Positions 26,266-34,830 of a stretch of DNA of 64,000 nucleotides are shown here, piece by piece. The translations under genes and the position numbers were made by a program. Below the pieces are notes generated by a model. That model did not search any database and was not told where the DNA came from. It worked only from the letters and a program-made list of their open reading frames with translations. Source of the stretch: Patescibacteria group bacterium (GTDB lineage Bacteria > Patescibacteriota > Microgenomatia > UBA8517); the NCBI GenBank assembly GCA_025999275.1, contig AP024680.1, positions 318,393 to 382,392 of the forward strand. Direction: 5' to 3'. Position 1 is the first letter of the stretch; each line of letters opens with the position of its first letter.

Positions 26266-29200
26266 TTGGTTGTTTTAGCTCAAGAAACACAGGAAGGGAC
26301 TCCTGTAGTTGAAAATCAGCCGCAACAGACAGAAACATCTACACCCCAGCCAACAGAATCAGTAGCTGAGACAAGTACTCCAAATCCTAGTGTTAGCCCT
26401 TCTTTAGAGCCAAGTCCTGCACCTAGCCTAGAGCCTTCTCCAATAAACAATCTTCAAACTGAAACCCCTACACCAACAGCAACACCAGCTCAGGAAGTTT
26501 TGGGAGCAGATACAAATACCACCACTCCTTTTCCCTCAACGCCGGCAAGCGAAGACAAGAATAAAGATGCTCATATCAATGCTGTGGTTTTAAGTGATGT
26601 TAGCGCCTCAAGTATTGATGAAGCTGATTTATCCTATCTTGAAAGTGCCACTAGCGCCACTTTGAGAACTGATAAATTTGACTATTCGCCGACTGATGCT
26701 GTTGTTATAACTGGCGAAGGATTTGCTCCAAATACCGAGTATGAATTGGTCATTACTTCTGGTACTGGTAATTTTAGATTTTCTGATCGTGTCACCTCTG
26801 ATGAATCAGGTGGGCTTTTCTATACCTATCAACTCGACGGCACCTACAGGCCGGAGTATAAGGCGGAAGTGTTTGATTTGTTGGGTGGTGTAGCTGCTTC
26901 GGTCAATTTTTCAGATAGTGATAAAGTTCGTCTTTGCCATCGTACCAAATCTGATAGTAACCCATATGTTTACTTAGAGGTGAATATTAAAAATAACGGA
27001 GATTTGAAAGGTGGCCACCTTAATCATACCGGACCAATATGGTATCCTGGCATTCAAGGCAAATGGGGAGATATTATCCCTCCCTATTCCAGTGGTAATT
27101 TTAACTACTCTGGGATGAACTGGGATGCTAATGGTCAAGCTATTTGGAACAATGGTTGTAAGTTGCAAATAGCTTGTCAAGAAGGTCCCAGTTGGACAAG
27201 TGATGTGATCTCTTTTAATCAAGGTAAGAATAAAGATGGTTCTGATGTACCAGAAGAAAGATCTGATCCCTATAATGCATTAGGAAAACCTGACAGTTTT
27301 GGTAATGATGTTAATTTTGTTAGTCTTGGTAAAGGTGGCTCCATTGTTCTGGTTTTTCTTGGATGGGTGAAAGATAAAGAAGGTAATGATCTTTCCTTCC
27401 ATGAGGTTACTTGGGGTAGAGAAAACTATCCTGAAGAGAAAGCAAAAGTAGAGGTAAGCCAAGATGGCGATAGTTGGTATGGAGATTGGATTGTAAGCAG
27501 TAAAGCTACAAATGGTATTGGTTATATTGATTTTTCTTCAACTAGGTTGTCTTGGGTAAAATATGTAAGGATTACCGATACTACAGATTTTAGTCTTCAT
27601 ACTAATGATGCTGATGGATATGATCTCGATGCGTTAGATGCGGTTTATCAGCTGTGTAGTTTACCTTCTCCTTCACCGACTTTATCTCCTTCTCCTACTC
27701 CAGCTCCTTATTGTGGAGATGGCGTCAAGAATGGTCAAGAACAATGCGATGGGTCTGATGGGGTTGGTCAAAATCAATTTTGTACCAAAAATTGCAAACT
27801 TATTCCAATTTATGATGGATTTCATTCTTGTCCCGCTGGAACGGTTAAAAGTCAAAGTCCTGTTTTATCAAAGACAATATCCGCAACCGATTCTGATGGA
27901 GAAACTTTTAACCTGACTGCTGGAGGAAAATATCTTTTTGAAGTTAGTGGTGTTTACAGCTATGATAAGAGCAATTCTGCTAAATGGGCCGATGCTGCCT
28001 ATGCTACTGACAATAATTGGTCTAGCGCTAGATCTGATATTGGTATTTGGGAAACAAATAGAGGTGTAACTTCTCTACTTGCTGATTTTGGTAAGGGGGT
28101 GGGTGTTGTTGAGTGGGATGATAATCAAGTATATAATTCTGACCATACTTATCAAAAGTATTATTCTCCAACTACCAATTCAGTTAAGTTCTTAATAAGC
28201 GATTGGTACGATGAATGGTACAGCTCGCCATATAATAATCAATCAGCAATGTCTGATAATTCTGGTAGCTTAAGTTTAGATGTTTATGAATGCCAACCTG
28301 TATCAGAAGTTACTGTCTGTAAATATGACAATGAAGAACACCCTTTGAGTGATTGGCGAGTTTATCTTTTAGGAGATAAAGTAGGAAATACTATTTCTGT
28401 TCCTTCTAATGGCACTGTAGTTAACGCTGGTTCTTATCCAAATGATAATTATGTTCTTTTGGCCTCGGGTACTTATAACTATGGGAATGATCGGATGAAT
28501 GCTGATGCGGCTAATTCTTATCGTTATGTTGGACTTCCTTGCAGTGGGCCAACTGATGGGTGGGTGAGTGGAGAGTCTTCTTGTATGGGAAATTATCTTT
28601 CTTTGAATTTTTCAACTAGCGGGGGGCCAACAGCTCCCGGATGGGGAGATTACTACAACCCCGATCATATATATGCAAAATTTTTTGCCGGCGGCGGTTT
28701 GAATTTAAAAGTTTGGGATAGGTGTAGTAGTAATCAAGTGGAAGGATGTTATGGTGATAATGAAGGATCTTTAAGTCTTGATATTTATAAAGGTTTTGTT
28801 GGCGATACAGGGGAAAATGGATGTGTAACATTTACTAACGTTCCTTATGGGGCATATCAATTAGGTGAAATTTTACAGGAAGGATGGCAGAAAGTCAGTG
28901 GTTCGGGTGAGGTAGTAATTGACAGTGATGAGGAAAATTTTGATTTAATTAATAATGAATTGCCTAAAAAAGGCAATCTAAAAGTTTCCAAAGTCGTTGA
29001 CTGGAAAAATGTTACGCCAGACACTTCTAAAACTTTTGAAATTTGTATAACAGGACCTTCTTATCCTAATCCTGATTGTAAAACAGCTGATTATGATGGT
29101 GAAACACTTGAATGGAAAGATATTTTAGCTGGTGATTATACTGTAACAGAAACCACTCCAACAGGCGGTTGGATAGTAACAGGGTCAGGTCAAACTGTAA

Positions 29201-32200
29201 CTGTTAATAAAGATCAGACTTCTTCTGTTGAAATAAAGAATGAAGCAAATTCGATTATCATTAAAGCCTATAAGGTGGTTTGTGATAGCGAGCAATATTT
29301 GCCAAACTGGGGAAACCATGGAAGCGTGATTGGCGCTAATACAGCTCAAAGTTTTGTTAATAATTCTCAAGGCCATTGCCGGCTTGAGGATGGATGGAAA
29401 TTCCAATATGCACCTAAGGGTTCTGGTAGTAATGGTGCATTTCAAACCAACACACAGGAGTTGGGAACTCCTTGGACAACTTTCGGTCCTACTGTTGGCG
29501 GCGAAGCAGTAGCTGTAATAAATGATATTTCTAATTTTGATGGTCGAATTGAAACGAGAGAAGTTTTTAAAGACAATACCTATATTCCTTTTTCAAACAG
29601 TAGTAATAATGTAAGTGCGGAATTTTACTGCACTGGTGATACGTATAATTATGACAACTGGGAGTGGATAAATAACCCGCAATACGGCAGCACCTACTAT
29701 TGTGTTGCTTTTAATGCCAAGAAAAGCACTGTAATTTCAGGGAGGAAGTTTAATGATTTAAATTACAATGGTAAAGATGATGAAGAGCCTGGCCTTGAAA
29801 ACTGGAAAATTTTGGCGGCTCAAAAGGTAGATGAAGTTAATGTTTCGGCAAAAGATATGCCAACAGTTTCTTCAAATATTCCTTTGATCTCTGGTCAAGA
29901 GTATCTTTTAAGAGTTTCCGGGACTTATCAAGCCGGAGATAATATTACAGCCGATGCAAAATACTCAGTTCGTAGCCCAAATACTTACTGGACTGATTAT
30001 GTTCAAAATTATCAATCTTATGGACCAACTCTTTTAGATTTGCAAATTAATAATAATTCTTATGACTGGGGAAGTTATAATCCAAATCATGTTTATTGGT
30101 TAATTCTTTCTGGTGGTGGTTCGCCAATTAATTTTAGGCTTAATGATATTTATCCATCAAATAATTCAGGATCTTTAAATGTTAAAATTTATAAAGTCAT
30201 TTCCGAAACAACTACCGCAAACGATGGAAGTTATCAGCTAACTTTAACCAGTGATCCTGGATCAGATATAATTGTGGCTGAAGAAACTCAAAGCGGTTAT
30301 ATGCAAATCACTCCAAATGGCGAAAATTTTGGTTACTGCAATGTCACTTCATACCAAGAAAATAAATGTAATTTCGGTAATGCTTTAGCTTATGGTTCAA
30401 TTTATGGTTATAAGTATGATGAAGATAGAGAAACTGGACTTGGTGGCTGGACTATATTTATAGATGATAATAATAATGGTATTTTGGATCAGGGTGAGAA
30501 AGACGCTACCACAAGTGATGATGAAAAAAACAATGGCTATTATGAGTTTAATGGTCTAACGGCAGGGACATATTCTGTTTGTGAGGTAGAGCAAGAAGGC
30601 TGGCAGAGGATGTATCCCCTTGGTTCTAACTGTCAATCTGTGACAATTACTTCTGGATCTAAATTTGAGGTTGATTTCCAAAACAGGAAAGTTGTTTTGG
30701 GGCTTAGTCTTACAAAGTCAAACGATGCCGCAACTGCCTTGTCTGCTGGAAGCCAAGTTAATTATACTTTAAAGATTAAAAATACAGGTAATCAGAAATT
30801 GACTGGAGTTATTATCAAAGATGCTCCTGCTGGTGGATTTACTTATGTTGATGATAGTGGCATTCTTGATAGCAATCCGATTAATCCTACTCAATTGGGG
30901 GGCTATCTTGACTGGTATATTGGAGATCTTGATGCAGGAGAGGAAAAAGTGTTGTCTTACAAGATGTCAACTAATAGTGGCATGATCTCTGGCATTTATC
31001 CAAATGTTGCCATAGCGACTGGAATTTATACACCGTCTGAATATCAACCTGAAGAGGTGGTTACAAATAGATCCTTGGTAGTTGAAGCATTGGCTGTTGA
31101 TGGTGACTCTGGGGAAGAAAGGGTTGAAAGCAATGCCGGTGTTCCCGTTAACTCTCAGGTTGAAATTAAGGCTCCTTTGGCTTACTCAACTGGAGTTGGG
31201 GGAACAGGGGGGCAAGTTTTGGGCGCATCAACTGAGGCCGGTGAAGTTTTGCCTGCTGCTGGTTCTGATAGCCGAATAGTTTTGTTTGCTCTCTTGGGTC
31301 TTATTTTGGGAGCTTTGCTTAAAGTTTCAGGATTAGCTCTAGAGAGAAACTGGGTAGATTATAGGAAATTAAAGAAAAATATTAAAAGAATGGGTAGTTT
31401 TATTGCAGTCTTGATTTTCCTTCTTGGTTTTGCCCCTTCTGCTAGGGCTTTCTCTGACTATGTTTATATAACTCAACTGCCAGCTTATCTAAACAAGGAA
31501 GATTTCAAAATTTCCTATTCCGCTCTTTCTGAAAACCCAATTTCTGCTCAGTTTTATATTAGGAAAGACGGGGATTCAAGCTGGAGGACTCTTGGTTCTT
31601 CTTTGTCTGGAGCCTCGGGATATGTGCAAGTTCATGGCGGGGATATTTACAATGGTGATGGTAAATATTTCTTCAAGGTGGTTATAAATAGCGGGTCGGC
31701 TGAAGATCAAACTTCAACCATAATTGACAGACAGTCTCCTGATCCAGTTCGTGATTATTGGAAAGAGAAGTTAGGGGATGGACATTACAAGCTTCATTGG
31801 AGAAATCCTGACAATGAGGATTTTGATAAGGTAATAATTTATCGCTCGGATAGTACCAATTTTACGGCTGATTCCTCAACTGAGATAGCCACAGTTTGGG
31901 GGTCAAGGAATTCTGAAATGACTTATGAGAATGCCGCAGTAGCAGGAAAAGAATACTATTTTGCCATTAGGGCAATTGATAAGGCGGGAAATGCATCAAG
32001 CGTTGTTGCTGATCCTGAGACACAAGTTTCAGCAGGTGCTGTGTTAGGTGAGTCAACGGTGGCAACCGGTTCTCCTAAAGCAGAGGTGGTCAAGATTTTG
32101 CCAAAAGAAGAAAAGAAGGGTGAGGTTTTAGGCGAGGAGAATAGAGAGGAGGAGCCAGTTTCTTCTCCAACACCTGAAGTTCAAGAACAATCAGGCGGTG

Positions 32201-32319
32201 TTTTGGGCCAGGCAATAAAATTTGCCAAAGATAGAACAAAAATTACTCTTCTTATCGCTCTTGGCCTTGGGATTGTTTCTTATTACCTGTCTCGTCTTTG
32301 GAAAAAGAATAAGAATTAA
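26266..32319 (+). CDS. Giant (2017-aa ORF) multi-domain surface adhesin; possibly two in-frame fused genes
   Basis: Thr/Pro-rich N-terminus, a Myxococcus-type Cys-rich repeat (CGDGVKNGQEQCDGSDG), several SdrD-B/CnaB-like Ca-binding folds (DDNNNGILDQGEKD, GTYSVCEV), a DUF11-like repeat (VNYTLKIKNTGNQKLTGVII), and a fibronectin-III-like module near the end. An internal LPAAG + hydrophobic + basic segment at 31248..31389 is followed by a second signal-peptide-like Met at 31390. The track start is TTG; an in-frame signal peptide ORF lies upstream at 26185, separated by a TAG. Confidence 0.7.
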   Translation: MVVLAQETQEGTPVVENQPQQTETSTPQPTESVAETSTPNPSVSPSLEPSPAPSLEPSPINNLQTETPTPTATPAQEVLGADTNTTTPFPSTPASEDKNKDAHINAVVLSDVSASSIDEADLSYLESATSATLRTDKFDYSPTDAVVITGEGFAPNTEYELVITSGTGNFRFSDRVTSDESGGLFYTYQLDGTYRPEYKAEVFDLLGGVAASVNFSDSDKVRLCHRTKSDSNPYVYLEVNIKNNGDLKGGHLNHTGPIWYPGIQGKWGDIIPPYSSGNFNYSGMNWDANGQAIWNNGCKLQIACQEGPSWTSDVISFNQGKNKDGSDVPEERSDPYNALGKPDSFGNDVNFVSLGKGGSIVLVFLGWVKDKEGNDLSFHEVTWGRENYPEEKAKVEVSQDGDSWYGDWIVSSKATNGIGYIDFSSTRLSWVKYVRITDTTDFSLHTNDADGYDLDALDAVYQLCSLPSPSPTLSPSPTPAPYCGDGVKNGQEQCDGSDGVGQNQFCTKNCKLIPIYDGFHSCPAGTVKSQSPVLSKTISATDSDGETFNLTAGGKYLFEVSGVYSYDKSNSAKWADAAYATDNNWSSARSDIGIWETNRGVTSLLADFGKGVGVVEWDDNQVYNSDHTYQKYYSPTTNSVKFLISDWYDEWYSSPYNNQSAMSDNSGSLSLDVYECQPVSEVTVCKYDNEEHPLSDWRVYLLGDKVGNTISVPSNGTVVNAGSYPNDNYVLLASGTYNYGNDRMNADAANSYRYVGLPCSGPTDGWVSGESSCMGNYLSLNFSTSGGPTAPGWGDYYNPDHIYAKFFAGGGLNLKVWDRCSSNQVEGCYGDNEGSLSLDIYKGFVGDTGENGCVTFTNVPYGAYQLGEILQEGWQKVSGSGEVVIDSDEENFDLINNELPKKGNLKVSKVVDWKNVTPDTSKTFEICITGPSYPNPDCKTADYDGETLEWKDILAGDYTVTETTPTGGWIVTGSGQTVTVNKDQTSSVEIKNEANSIIIKAYKVVCDSEQYLPNWGNHGSVIGANTAQSFVNNSQGHCRLEDGWKFQYAPKGSGSNGAFQTNTQELGTPWTTFGPTVGGEAVAVINDISNFDGRIETREVFKDNTYIPFSNSSNNVSAEFYCTGDTYNYDNWEWINNPQYGSTYYCVAFNAKKSTVISGRKFNDLNYNGKDDEEPGLENWKILAAQKVDEVNVSAKDMPTVSSNIPLISGQEYLLRVSGTYQAGDNITADAKYSVRSPNTYWTDYVQNYQSYGPTLLDLQINNNSYDWGSYNPNHVYWLILSGGGSPINFRLNDIYPSNNSGSLNVKIYKVISETTTANDGSYQLTLTSDPGSDIIVAEETQSGYMQITPNGENFGYCNVTSYQENKCNFGNALAYGSIYGYKYDEDRETGLGGWTIFIDDNNNGILDQGEKDATTSDDEKNNGYYEFNGLTAGTYSVCEVEQEGWQRMYPLGSNCQSVTITSGSKFEVDFQNRKVVLGLSLTKSNDAATALSAGSQVNYTLKIKNTGNQKLTGVIIKDAPAGGFTYVDDSGILDSNPINPTQLGGYLDWYIGDLDAGEEKVLSYKMSTNSGMISGIYPNVAIATGIYTPSEYQPEEVVTNRSLVVEALAVDGDSGEERVESNAGVPVNSQVEIKAPLAYSTGVGGTGGQVLGASTEAGEVLPAAGSDSRIVLFALLGLILGALLKVSGLALERNWVDYRKLKKNIKRMGSFIAVLIFLLGFAPSARAFSDYVYITQLPAYLNKEDFKISYSALSENPISAQFYIRKDGDSSWRTLGSSLSGASGYVQVHGGDIYNGDGKYFFKVVINSGSAEDQTSTIIDRQSPDPVRDYWKEKLGDGHYKLHWRNPDNEDFDKVIIYRSDSTNFTADSSTEIATVWGSRNSEMTYENAAVAGKEYYFAIRAIDKAGNASSVVADPETQVSAGAVLGESTVATGSPKAEVVKILPKEEKKGEVLGEENREEEPVSSPTPEVQEQSGGVLGQAIKFAKDRTKITLLIALGLGIVSYYLSRLWKKNKN

Positions 32320-32321
32320 GT

Positions 32322-33041
32322 TTGGTAAGAAAAAAATACAAAAGAATACTTCTTAAACTCACAGGTGAATTGTTTGGTGACAAGTTTGGTAAAGGCCTTG
32401 ATTTTGCCTCAGTTGATAGAATAGCTAGACAGATTATAAATATTCACAAAAATACCGGTCTTGAATTGGCTATTGTTGTTGGTGGTGGGAATATTTTTAG
32501 AGGAAGAGAGAGGGCATCTGATGTTGATGAGGTCACTGCTGATTATATGGGTATGCTTGCAACTGTTATTAATGGTTTGGCTTTGCAGGAGTCTTTGGAA
32601 AGACAGGGAGTTGAGACGCGAATGATGACGGCTTTTGAAATAAAAGCGGTGGCTGAGCCTTATATTAGAAGAAGAGCAATTAGGCATCTTGAGAAGGGTA
32701 GAATTGTTATTCTAACTGCAGGTGTTGGCAGTCCATTTTTTACTACAGATTCAGCTGCTGCTTTGCGTGCGGTTGAGCTTAAATGTGATATTGTTTTCAA
32801 AGCAACGGATGTTGATGGTGTGTATTCTGCAGATCCTCAAAAGGATCCCAAGGCAAAACTCTACAAGAGAATTTCTTTTGATAAGGCTCTTAAAGAGGAC
32901 TTGCAAGTTATGGATGCAACTGCTTTTGCGATTTGTCGTAAAAATAAAATGCCAATTTTTGTTTTTAATATTAAAAAACTCGATAAAATTTCCTCTATCG
33001 TTTTAGGAAAAGAGGATGTCTTTGGTACTTTAGTTGGTTGA
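32322..33041 (+). CDS. pyrH: UMP kinase
   Basis: KRILLKLTGE at the N-terminus, IVVGGGNIFRG, and DSAAALRAVE, matching the amino-acid kinase fold of PyrH. Confidence 0.9.
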   Translation: MVRKKYKRILLKLTGELFGDKFGKGLDFASVDRIARQIINIHKNTGLELAIVVGGGNIFRGRERASDVDEVTADYMGMLATVINGLALQESLERQGVETRMMTAFEIKAVAEPYIRRRAIRHLEKGRIVILTAGVGSPFFTTDSAAALRAVELKCDIVFKATDVDGVYSADPQKDPKAKLYKRISFDKALKEDLQVMDATAFAICRKNKMPIFVFNIKKLDKISSIVLGKEDVFGTLVG

Positions 33042-33059
33042 CAAGGTCCGTCCTTGTCA
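33039..33059. terminator. GC-rich palindromic hairpin, family B (bidirectional position)
   Basis: TGACAAGGTCCGTCCTTGTCA incorporates the pyrH TGA and sits between convergent pyrH and the GT-C gene. Confidence 0.55.
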
Positions 33060-34538
33060 GTTGATAATTTGATATAAAAGTAAGGAATCTGTTGGGTTTT
33101 CTTTCCATGGAGGCTTGGGAATCTCTTTTATTAAGTTTAGATTGGGATTTTGAACAAGGTTTGATTTGTGGATTACAAAATAAACAGGTTTTTCTTTAAG
33201 TTTTTCATAAACATAAGATTCGATTTGTGAGCTACTATACCAAACTTCAATATTTTTGTTTTTGCCGATATAAATCTCAAGTCCGTCAGGCAATGTTCCA
33301 AAGGCACCAGCTGTAACAACTAAAATTTTTTGATCTTTTGCTTTCTCTTTTAGAAAATTAGCCATTTCTTTTATTCCATAACCTGCTGTCCATCCTTCAA
33401 AGTACCCATCTTTTTCTTTTTTAGGTAGATTGGCTTGCCATGGTTTTGTAATAAGCTGATAATCAAAAATTATTGCTGGGATTAAGACCAGAGTGGTTAG
33501 AGTGCTAAAAACAGCCTTTCTGTTTTTGGCTATTTTTTCTGATATTTCTGCAAAAGACCAACTGGCAAGAAAGATGAATGTAACTATACTTGGTAGAATA
33601 TATCTTGCCGTGTAGGTTTTAAGAAGAGCAGTAAGTATAATGAAAGGAATAGCTCCCCAAAGGAAAATTATTATGTTTTCCTTTTTCTTTTTGTAAAGGG
33701 AGAGAAAAATTGCAAATATAAAAGTTAAGAAAACAGGCCAAGTCATCAATTTGGTAAGAAAAACAAAACCTTCTTTGGTGTTGCCTATAAATGGATCAAG
33801 TGGTTTCTCCCAGAGTCGCGATATGGGGAAATGATAATACTCATTTCTTTTTCCAAGTTGTTTGAAATAGGGGCTAATTCTAAGTGAATTGTATAGGCAC
33901 AATCCTATTATTGCTGATAAAGTAAGTCCCAAAATTGATTTTGTTAGTTTCTTTTTATTTTTAAAGTCGGCTTTTATTAAAGCTAGTGGAAGTAGAAAGA
34001 AATTAAACATTCCGGGTGTTTTGGTTAGTATTGAAGCTCCTAAGATTAGTCCTAGAAGTATTATATTTTTGGCTGACGGTTTTTCTACCGTCTCAAGAGC
34101 AAGAATTAGTGACCAAAATGAAAAAGCAGCAAGCATCGAATCGGTTAATGCCATTCGATCAAAAAATACCAAAAATGGAGTAAAGGTAAAAAATAGAGCA
34201 GCAACCAAAGCTGTTTTTGGTTGGAAATACCTTTTGGAGAGATAGTATGCTCCATAAAGTGTGAGAAGGCTTATTAAGATTGAGACTATTCTTCCTGCCA
34301 GAAGAGGATCGGATATAATTTTTAAGCTTGGCACAACCAACCACATAAATAGTGGAGTTTTACCATCGACAAGTGGAATAAATAAATTAATTTTGGGATT
34401 TTCGATGATTTTTTGCGCCCAATGGATATAGATTGCCTCATCACAAAATACTGGCTGTAGATTGAGGTTGTAGGTTCTGATCAGAAGGTAAAATGTGATG
34501 ATTAAAATGGCAGATAAAAAAAGTTTTTTGTGCTTCAT
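33057..34538 (-). CDS. GT-C-fold glycosyltransferase (ArnT/PMT family, GT39/GT83-like)
   Basis: Polytopic, with the N-terminal loop motif VFCDEAIYIHWAQKI (DE..Y) characteristic of ArnT/PMT-type lipid-linked-sugar transferases. 493 aa. Confidence 0.6.
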   Translation of the reverse strand: MKHKKLFLSAILIITFYLLIRTYNLNLQPVFCDEAIYIHWAQKIIENPKINLFIPLVDGKTPLFMWLVVPSLKIISDPLLAGRIVSILISLLTLYGAYYLSKRYFQPKTALVAALFFTFTPFLVFFDRMALTDSMLAAFSFWSLILALETVEKPSAKNIILLGLILGASILTKTPGMFNFFLLPLALIKADFKNKKKLTKSILGLTLSAIIGLCLYNSLRISPYFKQLGKRNEYYHFPISRLWEKPLDPFIGNTKEGFVFLTKLMTWPVFLTFIFAIFLSLYKKKKENIIIFLWGAIPFIILTALLKTYTARYILPSIVTFIFLASWSFAEISEKIAKNRKAVFSTLTTLVLIPAIIFDYQLITKPWQANLPKKEKDGYFEGWTAGYGIKEMANFLKEKAKDQKILVVTAGAFGTLPDGLEIYIGKNKNIEVWYSSSQIESYVYEKLKEKPVYFVIHKSNLVQNPNLNLIKEIPKPPWKENPTDSLLLYQIIN

Positions 34539-34671
34539 TTTTATAATAATACCATTTTATAAATCTGCAACCCAAAAATTTTGGGGTAAATTAGACAAGA
34601 TAGATCTGGAAATTGTGGCTATTAACTTGATATTTATTTGTAGTTTATTGACAAGGTCTGTTCTTTTCAAT

Positions 34672-34692
34672 GGACAGGGTCGGACCCTGTCC
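34672..34692. terminator. GC-rich palindromic hairpin, family A, preceded by a degenerate family B copy
   Basis: GGACAGGGTCGGACCCTGTCC at 34672. At 34649..34671, TTGACAAGGTCTGTTCTTTTCAA is a decayed B-type copy. Located between the GT-C gene start region and tRNA-Ala. Confidence 0.45.
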
Positions 34693-34698
34693 AATTTG

Positions 34699-34769
34699 TG
34701 GACTTACCGAGAATCGAACTCGGATCTCGCCCATGCGAAGGGCGCGTTTTGCCATTAAACTATAAGCCC
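34699..34769 (-). tRNA. tRNA-Ala (anticodon CGC)
   Basis: The reverse complement GGGCTTATAGTTTAATGGCAAAACGCGCCCTTCGCATGGGCGAGATCCGAGTTCGATTCTCGGTAAGTCCA folds as a cloverleaf. It has the G3:U70 Ala identity pair, an anticodon loop TTCGCAT, and a T-loop TTCGATT. No CCA is encoded. Confidence 0.8.
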
Positions 34770-34830
34770 TCTTTGGTATTATACCATTTATTGCTTGAAT
34801 TAAACCTTTTTTGAAGTTAATATTTAGATA

